DNA of 63,951 bases, the filler included, from Octopus bimaculoides (Eukaryota), in the NCBI RefSeq assembly GCF_001194135.2. It is 7 parts of 6 records of this genome, joined end to end, with 100 filler letters (N's around TTAATTAATTAA, not from the genome) between each part and the next. Parts side by side here need not be neighbours in the genome. Positions count along the whole stretch, not along the records: positions 23,431 to 39,040 come from NC_068982.1; 6 more parts are not named here. One strand, given 5' to 3'. How positions within the stretch are numbered: the stretch's first letter is position 1; every line of letters starts with the position of its first letter. Under the pieces are notes generated by a model. It searched no databases. It was given only the letters and a program-made list of their open reading frames with translations, and was not told the DNA's origin. Positions 23,770 through 36,732 of the stretch are shown in pieces. The position numbers and the translations under genes were made by a program.

Positions 23770-24185
23770 CAAACTAGCATCTTAGAGGTCCTAGTTGGTC
23801 TGAGCAGACGTGAGAGGATTCAGACTATATAGCTTGCTGGCTTGATAGCATCATCACTATTTCTCTCTCTTGTGTGTTAATCATATCCCAAAATCTAAAT
23901 AAATATATAAACATATCAATAAATAAATGTAAAAACAAATTCTAATGTAATTAAATAAATAATTGAACAACAAACAACAGCATCTTAGATGTCCTTCTTG
24001 TTCACAGATGACGTGAGAGCATTGAGAGTATATAGCATAGTGGCTAGATAACATACATCACCTCTTCTCTCCCTTGTGTGTTAATCATACTCTAAATCTA
24101 AATAAATAATAAATACACAAATGAATAAATAATTGTAAATAAATAATTGTGAACCCAATGTAATTAAATAAATAATTGATCAAGT
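23770..24185. repeat. Old tandem duplication of about 205 bp (2 copies)
   Basis: agcatcttaga.gtcct...gacgtgagag.att...tatatagc...cttgtgtgttaatcata...aatgtaattaaataaataattga occurs twice. Confidence 0.85.
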
Positions 24186-24457
24186 AAAGAAACCAACAAA
24201 AGCAATGCAATCGAATCAACGAGGGGACTTTCTAGGCAGCCGTTCGAAGTGCTAAAAATAGTAACTAAATTTTCCTCAGATCACAGTCTGCCATCTGAAA
24301 AAAAAAACGGTTGAAAAAATCCACGTTTGATAATATATTAGTTTCAGGGAAAAGAACAAAGTGGCCAAGACTGGAACGCCTATCATCATAAACTAAACAA
24401 CAACAACAACAACAAAAACAAATAATAATAATAATGATGATAATAATAATGATAATA

Positions 24458-24931
24458 ATAACGTGGCTATGTAGTAAGAAGATTGCTTCCCAGCCACATG
24501 GTTCCAGTTTCAGTCCCACTGCGTGGTATGTTGGGCAAGTGCCTCACTACTTCTGCTCATGATCAGAGATGCACATATCGTCAGCCACCAAAGGACATGC
24601 TCAACTGGTTGAGGTCAAACAACTGACAAGCAAATCTGTGGTATTGAGCAGAATATTTGATGTCGCCCGTCCTTTATACCAAAACAAAACAATGTACATG
24701 ATAACACTTCCAATTAAGATCAGAAGCCTGGTACTGCATCTGGGCATATAACATGGCTATGTAGTAAGAAGATTGCTTCCCAGCCACATGGTTTCGGTTT
24801 CAGTCCCACTGCGTGGTATGTTGGGTAAGTGCTTTCTACTATCATCTCGAGTCAACTAAAGCCTTGTGAGTGGATTTGGTAGTCAGAAACTGAAAGAAGC
24901 CCGTCGTGTGTGTGTGTGTGTGTGTGTGTGA

Positions 24932-24970
<39 letters not shown>

Positions 24971-25200
24971 CATATGTTTGTATTTATATCTATGTATGTG
25001 TGTGTCTTTGTGTCTGTGTTTGTCACCTACTATTGCTTGACAAGCGGTGTTGGTCTGTTTACGTTCGGTTCGGCAAAAAGAGACCGATAAAATAAATACC
25101 AGGCTTAAAAAAAATTGTACTGGGGCCGATTCATTCGACTAAAAGTTCTTCAAGGTGGTGCTCCAGCATGGCTGCAGTCTAACGCCTGAAACGAGTAAAA
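24458..25200 (+). mobile_element. SINE-A with a duplicated head and a foreign insert of about 200 bp (24545-24747)
   Basis: The head segment occurs at 24458-24544 and again at 24748-24834; the body and tail follow to about 25200. Confidence 0.85.
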
Positions 25201-25477
25201 GAAACTACAAAAACAATGCTGATAGTAACAACATAAGAGCAACATTCGGAACAATAAAAGTGAATTTTCCCATCACTGAATTACCTAATACAGCCATCCC
25301 CAATGCTACCATGAAAACCACCGACAGGAGAGGTTCTATGTAGTAGCTCATCCTATTAAAACTAGCAAGCAAATCTCCGTCAATTTACTTCCTAGAAATG
25401 ATCTTAAAGTCGTGTGTAGTTTATGCTTAATTATATGTTCTTACATACATTTCTTAAATATAAGTTAATTATAAAAC

Positions 25478-25598
25478 GTAGGAGTGGCAGTGTTGTAAGT
25501 AGCTTGCTTACGAACCACATGGTTCTGGGTTCAGTCCCACTGCATGGCACCTTGGCCAAGTGTCTTCTATAGTCTCGGGCCGACCAAAGAAGCCTATC

Positions 25599-25674
<76 letters not shown>

Positions 25675-25898
25675 GTGTGTGTATGTGTTTGTGTGTCTGT
25701 GTTTGTCCCCCCAACATCGCTTGACAACCGATGCTGGTGTGTTTACGTCCCCGTAATCTAGCGGTTCGGCAAAAGAGACCGATAGAATAAGTACTAGGCT
25801 TACAAAGAATAAGTCCTGGGGGTCGATTTGCTCGACTAAAGGTGGTGCTCCAGCATGGCCACAGTCAAATGACTGAAACAAATAAAAGAGTAAAAGAG
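25478..25898 (+). mobile_element. SINE-A, full length
   Basis: Head, ccttggccaagtgtcttctatag, internal (TA)n(TG)n, and tail ...aaaagagtaaaagag. Confidence 0.92.
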
Positions 25899-26006
25899 TA
25901 TTGGTTACATATTACAATTACGTAAACCAAACTTGCTATTAAATCGTCAGACGTCCAACCATTAAGCCTAATATTGCTGGAAAGAACATGTGATAATAAT
26001 AGAAGC

Positions 26007-26060
<54 letters not shown>

Positions 26061-26321
26061 NNNNNNNNNNAGAGAGAGAGAGCCACGAGTTTAAAGCCTT
26101 GTATCATAGGCCTGCCTAATCTGGGCTGGCCTAGGTTTGAACAGCCACAACGACGACAACGAGACAGCTTCTACGCAGTCGTTCAAATAGCAGCCATTCA
26201 TTCGCCAAGTGATGACACAGTACGCTTAATGGAGATAAGTGATGTTGGATAAATACAATATATATATGAAAAAGGAATTGGTTGGTCATGGTTAGAACAT
26301 CTTTTGAATGATAACTGACCT

Positions 26322-26435
26322 GGCCATATCACGCTGAGAGCACCGGTTCTCGTCCGATCACCGAAGTTAAGCAACGTCGTGCCTAGTGAGTACTTAGATG
26401 GCTGACCGCTTGGGAAACCTAGGTGCTGTAAGCAT
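26322..26435 (+). pseudogene. 5S rRNA: 5S rRNA retrocopy lacking the first ~6 nt
   Basis: ggccatatcacgctgagagcaccggttctcgtccgatcaccgaagttaagcaacgtcgtgcctagtgagtacttagatggctgaccgcttgggaaacctaggtgctgtaagcat is a metazoan 5S with Box A and Box C. The 5' GCTTAC needed to pair with the 3' gtaagc is absent, and there is no T-run terminator. Confidence 0.93.
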
Positions 26436-26440
26436 CCAAC

Positions 26441-26506
26441 ACTTTAAAGGCGGTGCTCCAGCATGGCCGCAGTCAAATGACTGAAACAAGTAAAAGAGTA
26501 GAAGAG
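26441..26506 (+). mobile_element. SINE-A 3' tail fused to the 5S copy
   Basis: taaaggcggtgctccagcatggccgcagtcaaatgactgaaacaagtaaaagagtagaagag is nearly identical to the tails at 25838-25898 and (inverse) about 42895-42950. Confidence 0.9.
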
Positions 26507-27852
26507 AAACAATATCAAGCAGAAGAACAATTTCAACAACGAATATTATGCCACCTCACTACCAAGGACAATTAGGAGGGAGAGAGAGAGGGGAGAGATA
26601 GAGAGGAGGGCGGTAAAGAAAGGGATGGAGATATATGTAAAGGGAGAGAGAGGAAGAAAGAGAGAGGAAGAGAGAGAAGAGAGAGAGAGGGAGAGAGAGA
26701 GGGAGAAAGGGAGAAAAAAGAGAGTGAGAGAGAATGAGAGAGTAAGAGAGAGAAGTGAGGAGAGAGACAGAGACATAAAAGGAGAAAGAGATGGAGATAT
26801 ATGTAGAGAGAGAGAGAGAGAGAGAGAGAGATATTTTCTTTTCCCACTAGTATCAACGTCTCAAATGAAGCTATGAACATTTGCATCACATGAAATAATC
26901 GGTCACCACCACCACCACCACCACTACAGCCATTACTATTACTACTTCTGCTGCTGCTGCTACTACTACTACTACTACTACCACTACTACTACTACTACT
27001 GCTGCTATTGCGGCTGCCGCTGCCACCACCACTACTAACTAACACTAAGAACAACCTCAGAGGCAATAACCAGACAACAATCATTAAATTCCTTTGAAAA
27101 AGAACCCCCCCCCCCCCATCACTACAAACACCAATCTGTCCTTCCGACAAAAACTTCAGCCGCCGAAATAACAACCACGATCATTATCACTATCGTCATC
27201 GCATCACCAAGAGAAGAGGAAAATGCTGTAACAACACGAACAAGGACAAGAACAACAAGAACAACAATAACTACTACATAACGAAGAATAAGAACAACAA
27301 TAATGACAAGAAGAACAACATCATCGGTCACATAACAAGCGTAATATAACATTAGAAATGAAACAGCTCGTAAGAAACACGTAAGCAAAATAAGAAAAAA
27401 GAAAAAAGGAATGAATTGAATTAAATACAACAACAACAACAAAAAAAAAAGAAGTTAGCAAAACATGGAAAAAAATTAATAGTAAAACCACAACAACAGT
27501 AATAACAAGAGATAATTAAATTGCAACAACTACAAGAAAAAAGCCAACGGCGAGAAAATAAACGTGATTAAATTTCTTTTTACAGCAGAATTTACAGTAG
27601 ATGTTATCGCCATGAGAGAGAAAACTCGATGCGGGAGATTTAATGACACCAGCTGGGAATCGAACTCAAGCCCACCTGCAGTCACTGGAAAAAGAAAAAG
27701 AAAACTATAGAAGAAAAGAAAAACAATTCTTTTTTTTTGTAATTATATCGCGTTTCTTAAGTAGTGTTATCAAACTGTTCATGAACAGGAAAACATGAGG
27801 ACTACAATAAGAATAATAGGAAAAAACACAACATAACACACTCAAACACACG

Positions 27853-27936
<84 letters not shown>

Positions 27937-29042
27937 CACGCCACCACCACACACACTACAGTAAATACATATATGCAATGTAAACTTCTGTATATATTTG
28001 TCATAGTGTGTATGGGGTATATTTGTGTATGGTCTGTGTGTGTGTTCTTTCTTTTACTCGTTCAGTCTTTGGAGTTAGGCCATATTGAGGAAACACCGTC
28101 ATGTGGTTTTGTCGATCGTAACAGGCATTTAGATTCACACATCTATCTATCTAGCTAGCTAGCTATCTATAGATAAATATATCTTTTTATCGTCAAACAG
28201 TATATTAATGGTTATGGCATATGACTGGTCAGAATGTTATAGTCGGTTATGCAGTGGGTATTACCACTAGGATATTGCCTTTTTGTATAGAGAAGGAAAA
28301 GGTACATAACCTGTAGGTCGGTAGCCAAATGGTGGAAAGAAGTATAATGACATATATATATATGTAATAGTAAATCCCCCCCCAAAAACAAACAACAAAC
28401 ACAAAAAACAACAGCGCGAGGACGTGGTATATGTAAAGTATTAGCAGACGCTCAGGGAAGGAAAGAAAGCTGGTTTTGCCTTTGGATAGATCATAAACAG
28501 ACATGACTATGTCGCAAAAACAAATTTGCGCTCATGAGAGCAGCGTTCGAAAATCTCACTTTATGAAAACATCTGAATCGTGAAAATATTTTAGAATGAT
28601 TCTCCTCTCCGCTACGCAGAGTCGGCATCTTTGATCTCTAGGCTGAATAATCACACAATTTTTCCTTTCTTATGAAAAATACTATTTCTCACTATTTTTC
28701 GTTACAAATTTTTGCTACCACCAAGCCAAACTAGAGTTTGTATGTAACTCCATCATAACAGAGGCCATGCACTTCCCGCCAGCATGTCTGAGGAGTCGGA
28801 AATATTTTCTAACTATATCGATGACGGTAGCATCAGTTATGTGCCATAACCAGTAATGCATTGTTTCACAATATACCTTCTCTATTGCTTATATTGGGTG
28901 TAATTTTTTCTTACATATTGAAAACTAACTGACAATATACGTTTCTGTCGGTCTGTCTTTCTCTGTCTGTCTGTCTATCTCTCTCTGTCTGTCTGTCTCT
29001 GTCTTTGTCTGTCTGTCTCTCTCGCTATTCATCTATCTATTA

Positions 29043-29436
29043 TCTTTTACTTCTTTCAGTCATTAGACAGTGGCCATGTTGGGGCACCGCGTTGAAGAAT
29101 TTTTAGTCCAATGGATCGAATCCCAATACTTATTTTTAAACTTTGATACTTATTCTATCATTGCTTTTGCCGAACCGTTGAGTTGTGGAAACGTAAACAT
29201 AGCGACACAAGCTGTTAAGCGGTAGTGGGGGAAAAACGCAAGCATAAAGAAATATATGTACATGTTCATATACGACGGACTTCTTTCAGTCTCTGTCTAC
29301 CAAATTCACTCATAAAGTTTTGGTCGACCCGAGACAATAGTAGAAGACACTTGCGCAAGGTGCCATGCCGTGGGACTGAACCTGGAACCATGAGGTTGGG
29401 AAGCAATTTTCTTGTCACACAACCACACACTCATGC
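29043..29436 (-). mobile_element. SINE-A with almost no internal microsatellite
   Basis: Reverse-complement tail, body and head are recognisable. Confidence 0.85.
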
Positions 29437-29595
29437 TCAAAACAAACTTCTTAATAACATAGCAAAGACACGTACTTATTTAGTAAGCATCCGAGCAATA
29501 AGGTTTATTTTTCTCCCATCTGTGAAACTTTAAGTTACGAGATTCTGAAACAAAAGTTAATACAAATAAATCTAAAATCTGCAGTGTGTTGAATG

Positions 29596-29645
<50 letters not shown>

Positions 29646-29802
29646 TTGTTTGACTGTCTGTTTGTCTGTCTGTCTGTCAATCTATCTATCTGTATATATA
29701 TGTACATAATATATCGTCATATCCGAAAAAGAAACATACTCTATAACCTTAACGCAGTAATATATTTATAGAGGGTTGGTTGCTATGACGAATCAAATAG
29801 TG

Positions 29803-29938
29803 ACCATTGTTTTCGCACATATAAAGCGCTTAGACGTATGGACAACCCACCAGTTGTAGAGAGGTTAGGTGCCTCCGGCCATTTGAGTCTTACAAATCAT
29901 CTATACTGCTAAGCGCTTATAGGTGCGAAATCAATGGT
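29803..29938. repeat. Imperfect inverted repeat of about 30 bp with a 75-nt spacer (MITE-like or hairpin)
   Basis: accattgttttcgcacatataaagcgcttag versus ctaagcgcttataggtgcgaaatcaatggt. Confidence 0.8.
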
Positions 29939-30340
29939 TACTCTCTGACTGGCTATAACAATCAACGTGTGACTCAGCAGTACAATTCTTTTCATAATTA
30001 GTGATGATCTCCCTTCAACCGCAATGGACAGCGCACGCACGCACGCGCACCGACATGCACGCGCATACACACACACACGTTACATATATAAATTTGGTGC
30101 ATATACTCTGTTGATATAAGATTTCAATCTTCATTTATATTATTTCATCTATTTATTTTTTTCCATAGTTTTTTCTTTTTTCATATTATTCTTATAATAA
30201 TGATTACTATAAGCACAACTAGCGCCATCACCATCATCCTGGTCGTCGTCTTCGTCGTTCATCACGATAATCATCATCACTAACTTGCCCTCCCCATTCC
30301 CCTTCTGTTACTCGTCCTTTCTTCGTCATACTCATCATCG

Positions 30341-30372
<32 letters not shown>

Positions 30373-30554
30373 TTCTTCTTCTTCTTCTTCTTCTTCTTCT
30401 TCTTCTTCTTCTTCTTCTTCTTCTTCTTCTTCTTCTTCTTCGTTTCTCCATTTCTCTTTTCCCCTCCAGCGCAATCCCTATTTCTCTCTCCCCGCGCTCT
30501 TTCTTTCTTTCTTTGTCTGTCTCTGACTGTTTGTGTGTGTGTCTCTCTCTCTCG

Positions 30555-30597
<43 letters not shown>

Positions 30598-31825
30598 TTT
30601 CTCTCCCCCCCTCTCTCCCTCTCCCTCTCTTTATTCGCCTGTATTCTACGCTTTCTTTTTTATGTCCTCAGTTTATTATTTGACTTTCTATCTTGCACTT
30701 TAGTCATTCGATGAGATCATCCATCATATAACGCCCAGCAAACAACAGACATGCGAACCATTATATACGTATGTATGTATGTATGTATGTATGTATGTAT
30801 GTATGTATGCAGGTGTGCAGGTATGTATATGTATGTATCTATGCATGTATGTATGCATATGCATCTTTGCATGCATGCATGTATGTATGTGTAATATATA
30901 TATGCATATATATACATATATATATATACATATACATATACATATATATATATACATATATATATANNNNNNNNNNNNNNNNNNNNNNNNNNNNNNNNNN
31001 NNNNNNNNNNNNNNNNNNNNNNNNNNNNNNNNNNNNNNNNNNNNNNNNNNNNNNNNNNNNNNNNNNNNNNNNNNNNNNNNNNNNNNNNNNNNNNNNNNNN
31101 NNNNNNNNNNNNNNNNNNNNNNNNNNNNNNNNNNNNNNNNNNNNNNNNNNNNNNNNNNNNNNNNNNNNNNNNNNNNNNNNNNNNNNNNNNNNNNNNNNNN
31201 NNNNNNNNNNNNNNNNNNNNNNNNNNNNNNNNNNNNNNNNNNNNNNNNNNNNNNNNNNNNNNNNNNNNNNNNNNNNNNNNNNNNNNNNNNNNNNNNNNNN
31301 NNNNNNNNNNNNNNNNNNNNNNNNNNNNNNNNNNNNNNNNNNNNNNNNNNNNNNNNNNNNNNNNNNNNNNNNNNNNNNNNNNNNNNNNNNNNNNNNNNNN
31401 NNNNNNNNNNNNNNNNNNNNNNNNNNNNNNNNNNNNNNNNNNNNNNNNNNNNNNNNNNNNNNNNNNNNNNNNNNNNNNNNNNNNNNNNNNNNNNNNNNNN
31501 NNNNNNNNNNNNNNNNNNNNNNNNNNNNNNNNNNNNNNNNNNNNNNNNNNNNNNNNNNNNNNNNNNNNNNNNNNNNNNNNNNNNNNNNNNNNNNNNNNNN
31601 NNNNNNNNNNNNNNNNNNNNNNNNNNNNNNNNNNNNNNNNNNNNNNNNNNNNNNNNNNNNNNNNNNNNNNNNNNNNNNNNNNNNNNNNNNNNNNNNNNNN
31701 NNNNNNNNNNNNNNNNNNNNNNNNNNNNNNNNNNNNNNNNNNNNNNNNTATATATATTCGTATATGTGTATATATATATACATGAATATATGTAAGATAC
31801 ACTCTTATATATATATATATATGTA

Positions 31826-31859
<34 letters not shown>

Positions 31860-31879
31860 CATACATGTGTGAGCGTGCG

Positions 31880-32085
31880 CACGTACGCACGTACGCATGT
31901 GTGTATTTGTGCTTGTCCTCCACCACACCTTGACATCCGGTGTTGGTGTGTTTATGTCCCCGTAACCAAGCGGTTCAGCCAAACACTCCGGTAGAGTAAG
32001 TACCAGGCACAAACAAATAAGTACTGATGTTGATTTGTTTGATTAAAATTCGTCAGGGCAATATCCCTGCATGGCGTAGTCTAAA
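31880..32085 (+). mobile_element. SINE-A 3' half, diverged
   Basis: gtttatgtccccgtaaccaagcggttcag...gtaagtaccaggc. Confidence 0.75.
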
Positions 32086-32667
32086 CATACTCACACGCAC
32101 ACGCGCACACTCATATGTATATATAAATACACGCACACACACACACTCATATATATATATATATATATATACATATAAATAAAATATGAGTATATGCATA
32201 TATATGTACATGCATGTACATACCTTCATCTACATGTATATATAGATGCATATCTGGGTACATGACATTGCAAAAAAAACATGGACAAAATGATATATAT
32301 NNNNNNNNNNNNNNNNNNNNNNNNNNNNNNNNNNNNNNNNNNNNNNNNNNNNNNNNNNNNNNNNNNNNNNNNNNNNNNNNNNNNNNNNNNNNNNNNNNNN
32401 NNNNNNNNNNNNNNNNNNNNNNNNNNNNNNNNNNNNNNNNNNNNNNNNNNNNNNNNNNNNNNNNNNNNNNNNNNNNNNNNNNNNNNNNNNNNNNNNNNNN
32501 NNNNNNNNNNNNNNNNNNNNNNNNNNNNNNNNNNNNNNNNNNNNNNNNNNNNNNNNNNNNNNNNNNNNNNNNNNNNNNNNNNNNNNNNNNNNNNNNNNNN
32601 NNNNNNNNNNNNNNNNNNNNNNNNNNNNNNNNNNNNNNNNNNNNNNNNNNNNNNNNNNNNNNNNNNN

Positions 32668-32714
<47 letters not shown>

Positions 32715-32964
32715 ATATGTACCATATGTGATAGACGGTATAGCGTAGCTGTCACTTGTGCAACTAATTTTGATTACAAAATAGCTGTCAGCCAATGGGA
32801 TACGCATCTATTCTTGCACTTCACTTCTCTTATTTGATTAATATATATATATTCATACAAACACACATAAACAGACACACACACACGCACACATATATAA
32901 TGCACAGCACATAGTGAATGAGAAGGACTAGAATGAATTTTAACTTTAGAAAACCTAAAAGCTT

Positions 32965-33718
32965 AAGGGCGACGTGCTAACAGAATCCTTAGCGCGCCGG
33001 ACGAAATGCTTAGCGGCATTTCGTCCGTCTTCACGTTCTGAGTTCATGTTCCACCAGTTCGACTTAGCCTTTAATTCTTTCGGAGACAATAATATAAGTA
33101 CCAGTTTAGCACTGGTGTTGATTTTTATCGACTCAGACTCTTTCCCGAATCTGCTGGCATTGGGCCAAAATTTGAGACCAATATTAGAAAGCCTGGGGAC
33201 TGATTGATATAGATGTCTCTAATGAGAATCTAATAAGTTTCGAAAATCGATTAATGTTGTTCATCATTTTTAAAATAAAGCAGCAAGCTGGTATAATCTT
33301 TGGCATACCGGGAAAAATGCTGTGCGGCATTTCGTAAGTCTTTATTTCCTGAGTTCAGATTCTGCCGAAATCGACTTTGTGTTTTATCATTTCAGAATCA
33401 ATAAAATAAGTACCAGTCGAGTACTGGGGTTGATGTAGTCGATTTACATCCTTCCACGAAATTGCTGACCTTGTTCCAAGATTTAAAACTAATATTTAAA
33501 ACGAAGGCCTGAAAGGGGCGGTCTAGCAGAATCATAAGCACCCCGGGCAAAATGCTGAGCGGCATTTCGTCCGTTCTAAGTTCAAATCTCGCCGAGTTCG
33601 GCCTTGCCTTTTATCTTTCTGGGGTCGATAAAGTAAATGTGAGATGTGCGTTGGGGACGATGTAATCGACAAGGTTTCTCCCCACCAAATTTCATGGCTT
33701 GTGCCTATATTAGAAAAT
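32965..33718 (+). mobile_element. Three tandem diverged SINE-B copies
   Basis: Heads at about 32965, 33282 and 33515, each with aaatgct.agcggcatttcgt and gttcaaat/gttcagat B-boxes. Confidence 0.85.
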
Positions 33719-34736
33719 AATTTTAATCTTATTTTTTACTTGTCCACGAATCTTTATGAATTCACCTCTCCAGCAATTCTCTCAGCCAATTCACCTCTCC
33801 AGCAACCACCAGCATTAACTTTATCGACTCCGAAGCGAAGAAATATTAAGTGGAATATGGTAAGTTTAAAATTTAAAACAAGGAAGATCGAAAATAAATA
33901 TCTTATTACATTTTGTCTAGTAGAATAACGTTTGCCCTATCACGCTGCGCTCTCTTATTAAAGTATCATTAAAAAGTAAAATGATTTTTTTTTCTTACAA
34001 AAAAGATATGTATTTTTTTTCCCAATTTTTAGATAGCGATAGGTATGTGTGGGATATTTTAGGAGTTTATAACTGAAATGTATTCCACTGTATACCTCTA
34101 ATGTTAGAAACTGAAATACCATCTGTGAAAACTGGCTTGGCATGTTCCTTTTAGTGATGGCACGATACTATAGCTGACAGGCTTTATGTTCAAAGGAACA
34201 AAAGTAGGGAGTAGATTTCAGTTTTTTTTCTTTTCCATTGGCATTAGATAGGAGGTGAAATCCAAAGATTTTAGACAGCAATAGTTCTAATAAATCGACA
34301 ATGGCACGTCTTAGTGAAATTACTCTCAATTCTCACATGTCAGCAGATTGTGCTTAAAGTTCTGTGAACTGGAGTGGCTTCGCGTTTTGAACGACAGTTA
34401 TTATCATTTACACTGGTCCAGCTAAACCACAACTGTTTCAGAATAAAATACGATTAAATACTTTATCAGTACAAATAGCATAGCGACCACAGCAATATCA
34501 GTAGTAATAGTAGTAATAATGATAATGATGATGAGTAGTAATAGTGGTAGCAGTAGTAGTAATAGTTTCGTATTGATGATGCTGATGCTGTAGCAACAGT
34601 AGTGAATTGCTGAACAAAATACCAAGCCGTGTTTGTCTACGGGCTTTCATATACTGAGTTCAAGTCCTACTAAGATTATCTTAAACTTTCATCCTATCAG
34701 AAATCACCAAAGTACCCGTCACGTACTGAGGGTCGC

Positions 34737-35083
34737 TTACCATTTAAACCAGCCTTATCCGACCAAAATATTCTGCTAGCTTTATGTTCAAACTGGCCAG
34801 ATCTTGCCTCTCACACTTATCCTGCTATGTCATTCCAAATATAAACAATTGCATCATCAAAATTTCGATGCTAGAAGGCAATTTATGATTAATTCAGATC
34901 AATGTAAATAAATAAAGATTACATCCAATCAGGAGTCACCAAAGTACCCGTCACGTCCTGATAGTCGCTTAGCATTTAAACCGGCCTGATCCGGTTGCTA
35001 CAACACAATTTATGATTAATTCAGTTCAATGTGAATAAATAAGCGTTACATTTGACAAAATAATCTGCATGCGAAAGGGTTAA
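34737..35083. mobile_element. piggyBac-type MITE, right end intact, internally duplicated
   Basis: Ends ...gcgaaaGGG-TTAA (35077-35083). The left part (ttagcatttaaaccggcc) occurs twice at about 34738 and 34969. Confidence 0.55.
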
Positions 35084-35361
35084 TCGAGCATGTGTTTCAC
35101 AGAACATTTTCGACCTTCCCTTATGTTAGAAGTTATTATGTTTATTAGGAAGTAGAAAAGCAGTGGATTTACGGTATTTAGGTAGATTTCTTTTCTTCTT
35201 TTATTTTTTTTTTGGAAGGGATGGGCTTTAAATTTAAGGTTGTTAAACCTTGCTTTTCATTCTTCCGGGCGGCTAAATATCAGTAGTATAATGGGATTTG
35301 ATGTAATCGATTATAAATATGTATGTTCTTGTACCTTATTAAATGTTGTTTTTGTTTTTCG

Positions 35362-35393
<32 letters not shown>

Positions 35394-35824
35394 CTTCTTC
35401 TTCTTCTTCTTCTTCTTCTTCTTCTTCTTCTTCTTCTTCTTCTTCTTCTTCTTCTTCTTCTTTACTTAGTTGGCAACACTAGTCAGATAAAAATCTGATG
35501 ACCACAAGAAGCTCCTATACATGGTTCCATTATTCTCAACCTATCATCGATAGTTAAATCCAAACTTCAATAATCAAGAGTTTTTCCATGTATTACCTTG
35601 GCTTATGGGGGAGTTTTCCTTGCAAACATTTCAAGTTGTCAAATTGACAAATTTAACGTTTACTGAAAGGTAATGTCCGCCACAAGGTTGTTGCAGCGTG
35701 GTGCATTGTGTGTCTCAATGAGCCTCAGAGCCATACCAGCGGAGCACAAATTTATAATAGGGTCTCCCATGCTGCACAGGTCGAAAGATACAGGCCTCAT
35801 TAATATCGACTTCTATATTATTAC

Positions 35825-35869
<45 letters not shown>

Positions 35870-35879
35870 ATCAACCACA

Positions 35880-36072
35880 GTTTTTAACTGGTACTTATTT
35901 TATCGACCCCCGAAATTTGAAAGGCAAAGTCGATGTCGGTGGAATTTGAATATTAGTTTCAATTTTGGCACATGGCCAGAAACTTCGTGGTGGTGGCGTG
36001 ATTGGTTTATTATATCGACCCCACTGTCCAATTATTATTATTATTATCATTATTATTATTATGATCATCATT

Positions 36073-36128
<56 letters not shown>

Positions 36129-36320
36129 TATCATCGCATCGGACAAAATGTTTAGCAGCATATCTTTCGGTTTTACGTTCTAAGTTCAAATGCCGTCGAA
36201 ATCAACCTTTTTGTTTATTATTTTAAGGGTCGAAAAAATAAGTATTAGTTAACCCCTGGAGTCAATGTATTCAACTCCATCACCCCAAAATTGCGGGCCT
36301 TGTGCCAAAATTAGGAAACC
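35880..36320. mobile_element. Divergent SINE-B pair around an (ATT)/(ATC)n array
   Basis: Minus-strand fragments at 35880-36025 and a plus-strand copy at 36130-36320. Confidence 0.7.
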
Positions 36321-36732
36321 CGTTCACTTGCACGATTCTCGTCACTTTCATACATCTTTCAGCAAACTGGCTCGAAGATAACACTTCCCTCTCTACCTTG
36401 ACCAGGGATTGGCCAGAGAGAAAAGCGTTTGTCTTCAGCCCCTTTAGTCTCGTCCACCATAAACCTCTTTCGTCATGGCCACCAGACACATAAGGATAGC
36501 TTGCCCTTCCTGGTTAAAGAAAGGCGGCGAGGTGATCTTCACGATGGATTCAGTTGACAGCCTGATCTGTTCCACACACTACAGCAATAATAATAAAAGC
36601 AAGCAATTAATGGCGTTTGTGCTGTGGATTGGATTCGATCGAAGATCGTTCGTTGAAATGGTTGACTTCACTGAAGCATATGGTTTGTCCCATCACACTT
36701 TGTGCGAATTGATAATATTAGTTGATAATATT

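Noticed and set aside
26322-26435. Functional 5S rRNA gene
   Set aside because: The 5' helix I strand is missing, there is no oligo-T terminator, the copy is solitary, and it is fused to a SINE tail.
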